Origin: Candidatus Hydrogenedentota bacterium
Lineage (GTDB): Bacteria; Hydrogenedentota; Hydrogenedentia; Hydrogenedentales; SLHB01
NCBI GenBank assembly: GCA_963668025.2
Contig: CAXXTH010000012.1
Span: 96,001-160,000, forward strand
Direction of reading: 5' to 3'
DNA: 64,000 bases
The position numbers were made by a program, and so were the translations under genes. Under the pieces are notes generated by a model that saw nothing but the letters and a program-made list of their open reading frames with translations, ran no database searches and had not been told where the DNA came from. Of this stretch, positions 20,101-30,439 are shown piece by piece. Positions within the stretch are counted from its first letter, which is position 1. Each line of letters starts with the position of its first letter.

Positions 20101-23100
20101 CAAAAATGTCGAAATCGCCGCGAAAACCAAAGATGGCATTGAAAAATGGTTTTCAATGGATGCAAAAATTGAACGGTATAATCCAGACGGCACCTTCATT
20201 ATTGTAGGATTCTTTATCGATATCACGGAACGGAAGCGCGCAGATGAAGCATTGAAAATGAGTGAGCGGAATTATCGGGAGATTTTCAATTCCACCCATG
20301 AAGCGATCTCCATTATAGACACGATAACTGGCGATACTATTGACGTTAACCAGCCGATGGTCGATATGTATGGATTTTCCGACAAAGACGAGATTATATA
20401 CGGCGATAATAGCCGGCTTTGTGCGGGAGACAGCATATATACAGTAGAGCAGGCGCATCAAAATAACCTGATGATCGAGCCAGGGCATCCCATGATATTC
20501 GAATGGCATGCCAAAAAGAAGAACGGCGAACTATTCTGGGTGGAAGTATCGCTTCGCCGTTCCATGATTGGCGGCCAAGACCGGGTGCTGGCTGTCATTC
20601 GAGACATCTCAGAACGCAAGCAGGCGGAAGACGCACTCCAGCAAAGCGAGCGGAATTACCGGGAGATCTTCGACGCCACGCATGAAGCGATTTTCATTAT
20701 CGACCCCGCGACTGGCCAGATCACGGATGTGAACCAGTCGATGGTCGAGATGTATGGATATTCCAGCAAAGATGAAATCGTGTACGGCGATAACCGCCGG
20801 CTTAGTTCGGAAGAGGGGCATTATATCGAGGAAGAAGCGAACCGGAATATCCGAATTGCCAGGGCAGGGAATCCTCGAATATTCGAGTGGCAAGCCAGAA
20901 AGAAGACTGGCGAATTATTCTGGGTGGAAGTATCGCTTCGCCGTTCCACGATTGGCGGCCAAGAGCGGGTATTGGCCGTGGTGCGTAACATCACGGAACG
21001 CAAACAAGCGGAAGACGCCTTGCACCAAAGCGAGGAACGCTGGCGCAGCTACATCGAGCATGCTCCATATGGCGTGTTTATCGTGGATGAATTAGGGCAT
21101 CCCGTACAGGTGAACGCCACGGCCTGCCGCATGACGGGCTATGAAGAATCGGAACTATTGGCCCAAAATGTGGCCGGCTTTCTAGCTCCTGATTCTATTG
21201 AAGCGGGGCGGAAAGGGTATGCTGAACTGCTCGAACGCGGAGCATTATCAATTGAACTCACCTATAAAAACAAACAAGATGAAATGCGCTGGTGGGCGGT
21301 GGCGGCTGTCCGCATCGCCGAAAATCGCTATTTGGGGTACGCAAATGACATTACGGATAAAAAACAAGCGGAGCTCGCGCTAAAACGAAGCGAATATCTC
21401 TTACAGCGGGTTTTTGATATTCTGCCCGTTGGCCTATGGTTTGCCGATAAAAACGGCATGCTGATTCGCGGCAATCCCAGGGGAGTCAAGATTTGGGGCG
21501 CGGAACCGCATGTCGCGCCTTCCGATTATGGCGTTTTCAAAGCGCGCCGCCTGCCATCTCGGGAAGAAATCGCCCCAGATGATTGGGCGCTGGCGCGTAC
21601 AATCCGGGAAGGGGTTTCCATCGTCGAGGAATTGCTGGAAATTGACACATTTGATGGCCAAAAGAGAATCATTCTCAACTACACGGCTCCCGTATTGGAC
21701 GATGATGGAAACATGCTGGGCGCCATCGTGGTCAACCACGACATTACACGGAGATGGCAAGCAGAAGAATCGCTTCGGGAAAGTGAGCTGTTTTCAAAGG
21801 AAATTCAACGGATTGCCCGGCTGGGAGGATGGAAAGCCAATCCGTTCACGGATTATCTCAAATGGACCGAGGGCGTGAATGCCATTCTCGAAGCGCCGCG
21901 CGAGTATGCGCCCAGCCTTTCGGAAGGAATGATGTATTTCCAGCCCGAGTATCTGCCCTTGTTCAAGAATAACCTGACCCATTGTTTGGAGACAGGAGAG
22001 CCATTCGCGATTGAATGTGAAGTAAATACCATGACTGGGCGGCGGCTATGGGCGGAAGTGCGGGGCCTGGCGCCTGTAGTCGAGGGCGAACGGTATTCTG
22101 TAATTGGAACCTATCAAGACATATCCGAACGCAAGTCAGCAGAGGAGGAAAAGGAAAAACTGCAAGTCCAACTGCTTCAAGCGCAGAAAATGGAATCGGT
22201 GGGGCGGCTGGCGGGCGGCGTAGCCCATGATTTTAATAACATGCTTGGCGTCATTCTGGGCAACACGGAGTTAGCGCTGACAGAAATGCCGACGACGAAT
22301 CCCATCTACATGGATCTTCTGGAAATCAAGAAGGCGGCCCAGCATTCCACGGACTTGACCCGCCAGCTTCTGGCTTTTGCCCGCAAGCAGACCGTAAGCC
22401 CGAAAGTGCTCGATTTAAACGAAACCGTCGCGGGCATGCTCACCATGCTGCGCCGACTGATCGGCGAAGACATTGAGCTGTCATTGAAACCGGGCATGGG
22501 CCTTTGGCCCGTTAAAATGGACCCTTCCCAGATAGATCAAATGCTGGCTAATCTATGCATCAATTCGAGAGACGCCATCAGCGGCGTAGGCATGATCACC
22601 ATCGAAACGAGGAATGCCACATTTGATGAAGCGGATTGCGAAGATAACACGGAAGTGCGCCCCGGCGAATATGTCATGATGGCGGTGAGCGATACGGCGC
22701 AGGCATGGACCACGAGACCATTACGCGCATCTTTGAACCGTTCTACACGACAAAAGGCTTAGGCAAAGGAACCGGCCTAGGATTAGCCACGGTGTATGGC
22801 GCGGTCAAGCAGAATCAAGGCTTCATCAATGTATACAGTGAAATAGGCAAGGGCGCTACTTTCAAGATTTATCTGCCTCACGCCGAAGAAACCGCGGCCA
22901 TACCCGCTACGCTCGATGAGAAACCCGCCCACGGCAATGAGACGGTGCTCATAGCGGAAGATGAGCCGGCGATCCTTCTTTTAGGCAAAACGATCCTTGA
23001 ACGATACGGATATACCGTGCTGCCTGCATGCACGCCAGCAGAAGCCCTAACGCTGGCCTCGCACTATGAGGGCCCTATCCATCTGCTGATTACCGATGTG

Positions 23101-23322
23101 GTGATGCCAGGAATGAATGGAAAAGAGTTGCTGGACCAGCTTTTGCTGTTGCGCCCGGAAATAAAAGTCTTGTTCATGTCGGGCTATCCGGCGGATGTCA
23201 TCGCACACCATGGGATCGTCGACGAGCATGTTGAATTCCTGCAGAAACCGTTTTCGAATGTTACGCTGGTCTTGAAGGTGCAGGAAGTGCTGGGGCAGCA
23301 TGGGTGCGCCGATGCACAGTAA
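17150..23322 (+). pseudogene. Cytoplasmic multi-PAS hybrid histidine kinase/receiver, split by a 1-nt frameshift (real or assembly error)
   Basis: 13 PAS/PAC modules; H box AGGVAHDFNNML; N box NLCINSRDA. The G1 box reads GAT ACG GCG CAG GCA TGG where GAT ACG GGC GCA GGC ATG (DTGAGM) is expected at ~22697. ORF 22705-23322 carries FEPFYTTK, GTGLGL and the receiver (LLITDVVMP, QKPF). Confidence 0.85.
17957..21028 (+). repeat. Eight consecutive 384-nt PAS-PAC modules (six of one type, two of another)
   Basis: Module starts at 17957, 18341, 18725, 19109, 19493, 19877, 20261 and 20645, exactly 384 nt apart. Confidence 0.9.
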
Positions 23323-23507
23323 AAGCAGTATGGAATCATAATTCTTCCCAAAATCATCTGTTTGGCCCGGACTCGCGGCCAAGTATGGAATGATGCCAGG
23401 TTTGTACTTTGTTCAAACCACGAAAGAATCTTCATTGTTTTTCTTGCCTGAAATACGGAACATGTGGTATTTAAAAGGAAGCAATTATACATAGGGGGCT
23501 CCAGAAA

Positions 23508-25625
23508 GTGATGTATGCCATTAAACGCCTGTTTCTGGGAGTTTTTTTGATCGCTTTAGCCTCAGGGATCCTGCTGGCTTCCGATCTCGGCCATCGCAAG
23601 GGAAAAGAGTCCAACGCCTCTTCCAGCGGCCATATCCCCCATATCGCCCTGTTCGTGTTTACAACCTCAACGTTGCTTGACGATGGGGCAAAAGGCGTGC
23701 TCGATGTGTTTGAGGAAGAGGGGATCATCGACGGCCAGACAGCCAAGATCGACCATTTCAACGCCGAGGGCGACATGCCTACGGCGAATAGCATCGCCAA
23801 ACGCATTACCGGCGAAGGATATGATATCGTCGTGACGCTGAGCACGCCCACTCTGCAAACCATGGCTTCCGCTAATAAGGAAGGCCAGGTGCGGCATATT
23901 TTTGGAGCGGTCACGGATCCGTTCGCGTCAGGCGTAGGCATCAATCCGGCTGATCCCCTCGAGCATCCGCCTCATCTGGCAGGCATCGGCACGTTTCAAC
24001 CCGTGGATATTACATTGCAATTGATGCATTACCTCGCCCCGCATATAAAAACATTGGGCATTGTGTGGAATCCATCGGAAGCCTGCTCGGAGGCCTGTAC
24101 ACTAAAAGCCAAAAAGACCGCCAGCAACTTGGGCTTGACGATTATTGAAGCGCAAGTGGACAACACGGCGGGCGTGTTCGAGGCGGCAACTTCACTGGCG
24201 GCGCGAGGCGCGGACGCCTTTTATGTGGGCGGCGATAACACCGTCGAGACGGGAATAGAGAGCCTGATAAAGGCCGCTTCAGCCGCAGGCATTGGCGTGA
24301 TCACGAATACGCCGAATGACGCACTCAAAGGGGCCGCGCTGAATCTGGGCGCGAATTATTACGAAGTGGGCCGCCAGGTGGGCCAGATGGCGGCGGAAGT
24401 GCTCCAGGACGGACTTGATCCGGCTACGGTGGCAATCAAGGATGTCGTGCCGCGCAAACTCGCTTTGAATACGGCGGCCTTGGAGAAACTAGCAACGCCT
24501 TGGGCTATCCCACCCGATATTATGGACTGCGTGGCCTTGACCGTCGATGAAAAAGGCCCGCATGACTACACGGAAACAGCTAAGGTTTTACCTGATTTTA
24601 AGGATGGCAAGCCGGTTTCACCCGCAATGCCCGCTGAATCGGCCAGCGCGCCGCAACCGGCCGCAACAGCTCCTTCCCAGGAAGAAGTCGTTCCAATATC
24701 AGCTCCTCTCGGCAAGAAATGGCGGCTGCGTTTTATCGATTATTGCGAGGCGGAGCATGTGAGCGGCTGCCATCAAGGTTTTTCGGAGCGCATCAAGGCG
24801 CTGGGCTTAGTGGAGGGGCGTGATTATGAGCTCGCCGTCCAGAATGCCCAGGGCGATATCGCGGCCATGAATACGATGATCACCGCAATTGCCGCGGAAA
24901 AACCGGACATGGTGCTGCTGACCTCCACGCCCACTTTGCAGGCGGCTGTTCAAAATATAAAAGACATCCCCGTCTTGTTCAGCAATGTCGCAAATCCCAT
25001 CATCGTGGGCGCGGGCGTGTCTGATACCGACCACCTGCCCAACATCACTGGCATCTACTCAGAACACGATTGCGCGGCCATGGTTAAGCTGATCAAAGAG
25101 TGCCTGCCGCAGGCGCATACCATCGGTACGCTCTACTGCCCGGCGGAGGCCAATTCGGAGTACAACTCCCAAAAACTGGGCGATGCCACTCAGGCCGATG
25201 GGCTTGCATTCATCCGTATCTCCGACGCCAATGCATCCGAAGTTCCGCAGTCGGCCCAAGCGCTCCTCGAGCGCGGCGTCGATGTCATATGCCAGGTGGT
25301 CGATAATTTGCACGATACGGGGTTCACCAGTATCGTCGAGGCCGCACGACGCTCCAAGACGCCATTGTTCAGCTTTGTGCCCGGCTTGGTCCGTGAACAC
25401 GGTGCGGCTATCTCCTTGGCGAAGGACTATAATTCGTCTGGTGAAGATCTGGCCGATTTGGTGTTGCGGGTGATGCGGGGAGAACACCCGGAAGATATCC
25501 CATTCCACTCGATCCGCCGCACAAAATTGGTGGTCAATTTGGAAAACGCGCGTTTATGCGGCCTGGAAACGCCTCAATCGGTTATCAGCCGCGCTGACGA
25601 AGTGATCGGCGGGGCCGCCCAGTAG
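23508..25625 (+). CDS. ABC transporter substrate-binding protein with two tandem ABC_sub_bind domains
   Basis: Two homologous halves (NAEGDMPTA..STPTLQ..AVTDP and NAQGDIAA..STPTLQ..NVANP) joined by a Pro/Ala linker; N-terminal signal/anchor. Confidence 0.85.
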   Translation: MMYAIKRLFLGVFLIALASGILLASDLGHRKGKESNASSSGHIPHIALFVFTTSTLLDDGAKGVLDVFEEEGIIDGQTAKIDHFNAEGDMPTANSIAKRITGEGYDIVVTLSTPTLQTMASANKEGQVRHIFGAVTDPFASGVGINPADPLEHPPHLAGIGTFQPVDITLQLMHYLAPHIKTLGIVWNPSEACSEACTLKAKKTASNLGLTIIEAQVDNTAGVFEAATSLAARGADAFYVGGDNTVETGIESLIKAASAAGIGVITNTPNDALKGAALNLGANYYEVGRQVGQMAAEVLQDGLDPATVAIKDVVPRKLALNTAALEKLATPWAIPPDIMDCVALTVDEKGPHDYTETAKVLPDFKDGKPVSPAMPAESASAPQPAATAPSQEEVVPISAPLGKKWRLRFIDYCEAEHVSGCHQGFSERIKALGLVEGRDYELAVQNAQGDIAAMNTMITAIAAEKPDMVLLTSTPTLQAAVQNIKDIPVLFSNVANPIIVGAGVSDTDHLPNITGIYSEHDCAAMVKLIKECLPQAHTIGTLYCPAEANSEYNSQKLGDATQADGLAFIRISDANASEVPQSAQALLERGVDVICQVVDNLHDTGFTSIVEAARRSKTPLFSFVPGLVREHGAAISLAKDYNSSGEDLADLVLRVMRGEHPEDIPFHSIRRTKLVVNLENARLCGLETPQSVISRADEVIGGAAQ

Positions 25626-25643
25626 CTCAAGGGACATATATCC

Positions 25644-26873
25644 ATGGAACTCGAACAGATTAAGGCAGGCGCATGGCTTCATCTCAAGATGCGGGGCCGA
25701 TTGGATGCGACGAACGCACGGGAAGCAGACGCCCAGCTCGATGAGATTGTGCGCGCGGGCGAACACCAAATCCGCGCGAATATGGCCGAAGTAGATTATC
25801 TGAGCTCGGCGGGCATCCGCGTACTGGTGCGCCAGCGGCAATCACTCGGGAAATTGGGCGGCGCTTTTTGCATTGTGTCGCCTTCCATCCAGGTTCGCAC
25901 CGTGCTTGAGTTGACAGGCTTAGGCGGATTCATTGTGGATGACGGTCCCGAACCAGGTGCGGAGGAGGAAAAAACAGGGCCGGTCTTGACGGAACATGGC
26001 GGCATGCGGCTCGAAATTTTTCCGCCGCCATCCATGACGCCGCTTGAAGGCTTCCTGATGGGCGATCCGGCGAAACTATCCACCGGCAGTTTCGGTGAAG
26101 GCAGTGTGTCCTCCTTACGGCTTACGCCAGAAACGCTGGCCGTGGGCGTCGGGGCTTTTGGCTCCAATTATGCGGAAGCCAAATCCCGTTTTGGGGAGTT
26201 TATGTCCATCGGCGGCGCGGGTATATGCCTGCCGGGAGATGGTTCGGCCGATGTGGACTTTATGCTGGCCCAGGGCGAACTGGCTCCCGAAGCGCAGATG
26301 CTGTACGCCGTGGGCGCTCGAGGCGCGCTGGAGCATTGCATGCGCTTCGAGAGCCTGGCGGACGAGGAAGGCGTGCCGCTTTCGGCATTGGCCCAAATGG
26401 CCCTTGAGCACATGGATAGCTCATCGGCCGCAGTAGTGATATTGGCGGAAACCGCGGGATTGGTAGGCGCATGGCTGCGCCGCTCACCTGCGGATGATGA
26501 GCCTCAAGCGGCGTTCTTCGAGCATCCCGCTATTCGCCAGCGCTTGTCTTTCGCGCCTGAACGCATGTATGGCCGTTCTCTGGCATTGGCGGTGGGAATC
26601 ATATCGCGCCAGCCGGAACCAGCGATTGCACCTTTCATCCGGCCATTAGCAACAGGTTCAGATGTGGCAGGCCATTTCCACGCCACGGTATTTACATTCC
26701 GCGTATTGCCGCACGGGCCATTCGCGCTGGACGGCATGGTGCAAGAACTGTTCGAGGAACAATCGATCATAGGGCTGATGCATTTAGTAAACGATGCGCG
26801 CCCTTATACCGGGGGAGGCGAAAGCCTATTTATGCGCGGGGCGCTTTGGGCCGGGCCGGTGGCTTGGCAATAG
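25644..26873 (+). CDS. STAS (anti-sigma antagonist-like) domain fused to a ~290-aa unknown domain
   Basis: LKMRGRLDA, VDYLSSAGIRVL and VRTVLELTGL in the first ~100 aa. Confidence 0.85.
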   Translation: MELEQIKAGAWLHLKMRGRLDATNAREADAQLDEIVRAGEHQIRANMAEVDYLSSAGIRVLVRQRQSLGKLGGAFCIVSPSIQVRTVLELTGLGGFIVDDGPEPGAEEEKTGPVLTEHGGMRLEIFPPPSMTPLEGFLMGDPAKLSTGSFGEGSVSSLRLTPETLAVGVGAFGSNYAEAKSRFGEFMSIGGAGICLPGDGSADVDFMLAQGELAPEAQMLYAVGARGALEHCMRFESLADEEGVPLSALAQMALEHMDSSSAAVVILAETAGLVGAWLRRSPADDEPQAAFFEHPAIRQRLSFAPERMYGRSLALAVGIISRQPEPAIAPFIRPLATGSDVAGHFHATVFTFRVLPHGPFALDGMVQELFEEQSIIGLMHLVNDARPYTGGGESLFMRGALWAGPVAWQ

Positions 26874-26914
26874 CGCAGGCCGCGCCGACACGACGACCAT
26901 AGAGGAAGAATGCC

Positions 26915-27853
26915 GTGAATTTATTGATTGCCGCTCTCTCGATAGGATTCATCCTGTCGCTGCTGTCCATCGGGGTATACATATCATTTCGGATTTTTGA
27001 TTTCCCCGATATCACCACGGACGGCTCGATAACCCTGGGTGCGGCGGTGGCCGCGGTGCTGATCGTGAAGGGAGTCAATCCCGCCTTGGCTACGGTGCTT
27101 GCGGGTGTTGCCGGTTGCTGCGCAGGTTTGGCCACTGGCGTGCTGCATACCCGCTTCGGCATCCATAAACTACTCTCGGGCATTCTCGTAATGACGGCGC
27201 TGTATTCGGTCAACCTGCATATCATGGGACGGAGCAACGTGCCGCTAATGGGCGAAGCTTCACTAATGGCGTGGGCGGGGAAAGCCGCGGAGCGGCTCTT
27301 CGGCGGTGCAGGGAACGTCAACTTGCTGGGTTGGGAAATGCCCATGCAGGACCTCGCCGTGCTAGTGGCGCTGGCCATGCTGATTGCGGCGGCCTGCCTG
27401 CTGCTGTATCTCTTCTTGCGCACGAACCTGGGCACGGCCATGCGCGCCACGGGCAATAATGACCAGATGATCCGCGCGCTGGGCGTCAACACCAACAACA
27501 TGATTGTCGCGGGCATCGCCTTGGCGAACGGCTGCATCGCCCTCAGCGGCGCGCTGCTCGCACAATACCAAGGCTTTGCGGATGTGCAGATGGGCATCGG
27601 CATGGTGGTGTGGGGGCTTGCCAGCGTCATCATCGGCGAAGCGCTCGTGCGCACCAATACGCTGGCCCTCACGCTTTGCGGCGCGGTGATGGGAGCGGTG
27701 CTGTTCCGGCTGCTGGTGGCCATCGCCCTGCGCTGGGGCCTGAATCCCAACGATCTCAAGCTGATTACAGCGCTTTTTGTATTCGCCGCACTCGTGCTGC
27801 CCGCAATACTGGGTAAATTAAAACGCCGGTCCACGGAGGTGCGGCATGCTTAA
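26915..27853 (+). CDS. ABC transporter permease (aromatic amino acid-like family)
   Basis: ISFRIFDFPDITTDGS, ILVMTALYSVNLHIMG and GFADVQMGIG motifs; multi-TM. Confidence 0.9.
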   Translation: MNLLIAALSIGFILSLLSIGVYISFRIFDFPDITTDGSITLGAAVAAVLIVKGVNPALATVLAGVAGCCAGLATGVLHTRFGIHKLLSGILVMTALYSVNLHIMGRSNVPLMGEASLMAWAGKAAERLFGGAGNVNLLGWEMPMQDLAVLVALAMLIAAACLLLYLFLRTNLGTAMRATGNNDQMIRALGVNTNNMIVAGIALANGCIALSGALLAQYQGFADVQMGIGMVVWGLASVIIGEALVRTNTLALTLCGAVMGAVLFRLLVAIALRWGLNPNDLKLITALFVFAALVLPAILGKLKRRSTEVRHA

Positions 27854-28658
27854 AGTTGAATCGTTCCGAAAAACATTCAACCCGGATACCGCCAATGAGG
27901 TGCGCGCCTTGCGCGGGGTGGATATGGCGCTCGAGGATGGCCAGTTTCTCGTCATCATCGGCACCAACGGCTCCGGCAAATCGACCTTCCTCAATGGCCT
28001 CGCTGGAACCTATTTTCCCGACACCGGGAGCGTCCATCTGGCTGGACATGATATCACGCGCTGGCCTGAACACCGCCGCGCACGCCTTATCGGCCGTGTC
28101 TTTCAGAATCCCTTCAGCGGCACCGCACCCGCCATGAGCATATCGGAGAATCTCGCACTGGCGGCCTTGCGTGGCAAGAATCGCGGCCTGGGCTGGGCGC
28201 TTTCACACAGGCGCATGCATGAATTCCGCGAGCGGGTGCGGGCGCTCGACATGGGCCTCGAAGACCGCCTCGGCAACGCCATCGGCAGCCTCTCGGGCGG
28301 CCAACGCCAGGCGCTCACCTTGCTCATGGCGGCCTGGCTGCGCCCGGAATTGCTCTTGCTGGACGAACACACCGCCGCCCTCGACCCCAAAACCGCCGCA
28401 CAAGTCATCCAATTGACGGACTCCATCGTGTCTCGCGACAAACTGACCACGCTCATGGTCACGCACTCGATGCAACAGGCGGTCAGCCTGGGCGACCGCC
28501 TGATCATGATGCACCGGGGCCAGATCGTCTACGATGTGTCCGGGCGCGACAAAAAACGCTTGCGCGTCGAAGACCTGCTCGAACGCTTCGAAGAATTGCG
28601 CCGACTCGAATTGCTCGATCCCAGCGCCGCTGAAATGCTGGCGGGGCAGTATGTGTAA
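27846..28658 (+). CDS. ABC transporter ATP-binding protein
   Basis: GTNGSGKST, LSGGQRQ, LLLDEHTAALDP and MVTH motifs. Confidence 0.93.
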   Translation: MLKVESFRKTFNPDTANEVRALRGVDMALEDGQFLVIIGTNGSGKSTFLNGLAGTYFPDTGSVHLAGHDITRWPEHRRARLIGRVFQNPFSGTAPAMSISENLALAALRGKNRGLGWALSHRRMHEFRERVRALDMGLEDRLGNAIGSLSGGQRQALTLLMAAWLRPELLLLDEHTAALDPKTAAQVIQLTDSIVSRDKLTTLMVTHSMQQAVSLGDRLIMMHRGQIVYDVSGRDKKRLRVEDLLERFEELRRLELLDPSAAEMLAGQYV

Positions 28659-28763
28659 TAAAGCCGACTCATTTTGAGCGTGAAGTGAATAAACACCTGG
28701 TGTGATCGTTGCCCACAAGCCAACAGAAAGGTATGATCTGTTATTCTGCTAAATCTTCACCTT

Positions 28764-28869
28764 CTTGGCGTCTTTGCGGCTTTGCGTGAAAACAAAATAA
28801 ATGGGCGTCTTCATGGTAGTACCACGTACAGTACTGAAAAATCTCACGCAAAGCCGCAAAGACGCCAAG
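28764..28869. repeat. Perfect 26-bp inverted repeat with 9-nt internal periodicity (REP/MITE-like)
   Basis: CTTGGCGTCTTTGCGGCTTTGCGTGA (28764-28789) and its exact reverse complement (28844-28869). Confidence 0.85.
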
Positions 28870-28897
28870 TTTGCAACTGAATGATCCTCTTGCAAAA

Positions 28898-28942
28898 TTT
28901 TACCCGGGTAATATTGACTTTTAGTTTTTACCCGGGTAAAAT
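28898..28942 (+). promoter_or_regulatory. Sigma70 promoter overlapped by two TTACCCGGGTAA palindromes
   Basis: TTGACT (28914-28919)-N17-TAAAAT (28937-28942). Palindromes at 28900-28911 and 28926-28941 (16-bp perfect). Confidence 0.8.
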
Positions 28943-29015
28943 ACAAAAGCAGGCTCGGTGTGTGAGTTCTCACTTCCGTAGAACTCCCGAGCCCGACATC
29001 AGAAAGAGGATTCCC

Positions 29016-29621
29016 ATGGCAGACTCTCCAACCTATACGGCATTCGCTGGCGAAAAGCGCATTGTTTCTGGCGATTTGAATACGATGCTCCTCCAGACCA
29101 AGGAGTTTTTGGATTCCGGCTCTTCAGGGCCCGTGTTGATCTTTGACGACCAGACGGGCAAAGAGGTCGATTTTGATTTCCGGGGCACGCCCGGGCAAGT
29201 GCTGGCGAGGCTTGCGTCCCACCCGCTTTTTGTTGCATCCGAAGCGCCGGCGGCTCCCAAGACAGGCCCGGGACGCCCAAACCTGGGTGTGGTTAGCCGC
29301 GAAGTTTCGTTGCTGCCTCGCCATTGGGACTGGTTGAGCAGCCAGCAAGGGGGTATTTCCGTGACCTTGCGGCGGCTCGTGGATGCGGAACGGAAGCGCA
29401 CGGGGGGAATGGAACGGGCGCGTGCGGCCCGTGATGCCGCCGGTAAATTCATGTGGACGATGGCTGGCAACCAGCCAGGTTTTGAGGAAGCCTCGCGCGC
29501 GTTGTATGCCAACGATCAGACGCGTCTGGAGAATCTCATCAAAGAATGGCCTCAAGACATTCGAGAACATTTACTCAGGCTTATGGCGAAAGTGGAACAT
29601 ATGGAACAGGCTGCGGAATAG
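29016..29621 (+). CDS. DUF2239 family protein
   Basis: LIFDDQTGKEVDFDFRG, GPGRPNLGVVSREVSLLPRHWDWL and MAGNQPGFEEASRALY motifs; GAGG RBS before ATG 29016. Confidence 0.88.
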   Translation: MADSPTYTAFAGEKRIVSGDLNTMLLQTKEFLDSGSSGPVLIFDDQTGKEVDFDFRGTPGQVLARLASHPLFVASEAPAAPKTGPGRPNLGVVSREVSLLPRHWDWLSSQQGGISVTLRRLVDAERKRTGGMERARAARDAAGKFMWTMAGNQPGFEEASRALYANDQTRLENLIKEWPQDIREHLLRLMAKVEHMEQAAE

Positions 29622-29641
29622 CCGTTTGCTTGGACTGCATG

Positions 29642-29680
29642 TTGATATCCACCTGTAACGTATAATCAGGTGGATATCAA
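29642..29680. terminator. Hairpin between convergent genes
   Basis: 14-bp perfect stem TTGATATCCACCTG/CAGGTGGATATCAA. Confidence 0.55.
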
Positions 29681-29910
29681 TCTCGTAATTCCCCTTTCCA
29701 AAATGCAAAACCGTATAATCCGGACAAGATTGCCGCAATGAGTGCGCATCCAGCGATATACAGCCAATCCTCTTCGAGGTTTAGTTTGCCTTCGTCATAA
29801 AGGCCATATGCCGCCAGGCCGCCCCCCGCCACCGCGCCAAAAACCGTGTAGATGACGTGGTCAAGCCAGTCCATGGGCTTTTCCATGTCCATATCGAATA
29901 ATCGAAACAT
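29677..29910 (-). CDS. Small two-TM hypothetical protein
   Basis: PMDWLDHVIYTVFGAVAGGG; two hydrophobic helices; paralog of the adjacent gene. Confidence 0.65.
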   Translation of the reverse strand: MFRLFDMDMEKPMDWLDHVIYTVFGAVAGGGLAAYGLYDEGKLNLEEDWLYIAGCALIAAILSGLYGFAFWKGELRD

Positions 29911-29920
29911 GATGACGCCT

Positions 29921-30187
29921 CTACCACCATCTTGATGCTTTACCCGCCACTCTATTCCATATATTTGGGCCGAATATCCCACCCAACAGGGCGGCGGAGA
30001 TAATGATGATTATGATGAAAAGCCAGGGCTTTTCAAGACACCAATAGCCTTCGGGATACCGATATTCATGACTCTTTATATGCAGTAAAAAAAAGACAGC
30101 CCCGGCGCCGCCAATGACCGCTCCAATGATCATGTCAATAAAGCGGTCTATCCAATCAATGGGAGGCTGGTCCGTATACAGCATCAT
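29921..30187 (-). CDS. Small two-TM hypothetical protein
   Basis: PIDWIDRFIDMIIGAVIGGAG; GAGGTG RBS; paralog of the adjacent gene. Confidence 0.65.
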   Translation of the reverse strand: MMLYTDQPPIDWIDRFIDMIIGAVIGGAGAVFFLLHIKSHEYRYPEGYWCLEKPWLFIIIIIISAALLGGIFGPNIWNRVAGKASRWW

Positions 30188-30320
30188 CACCTCTATTGCA
30201 TGGCAACGGTTCAAGCCCTCACGCAGCTATGCTCAACCGTCTTCAAGATACGATATGCTATACAGATATTCAACTGAATGAACTTGCCCGAATCGCCGGA
30301 TAAAAAAAGAGATATGCACT

Positions 30321-30434
30321 TCTCGTAGCATGGGCGGGACGCCCATGCTACGAGATCGCACTGAATGGACAATAGTTTTGGCGTTTCCGTGTATAGGCGA
30401 ATCCCTTGAACGGTGGGGGCAATCTCCACCCTAC
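30321..30434. repeat. GTAG-type REP-like hairpins
   Basis: 16-bp perfect stem TCTCGTAGCATGGGCG/CGCCCATGCTACGAGA (30321-30355) and GGTGGGGGCAATCTCCACCCTAC (30412-30434). Confidence 0.65.
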
Positions 30435-30439
30435 AGAAA

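Noticed and set aside
17957-21028. CRISPR-like or non-coding tandem array
   Set aside because: The repeats are in-frame 128-aa PAS modules. No repeat-spacer array or cas gene was seen anywhere in the window.
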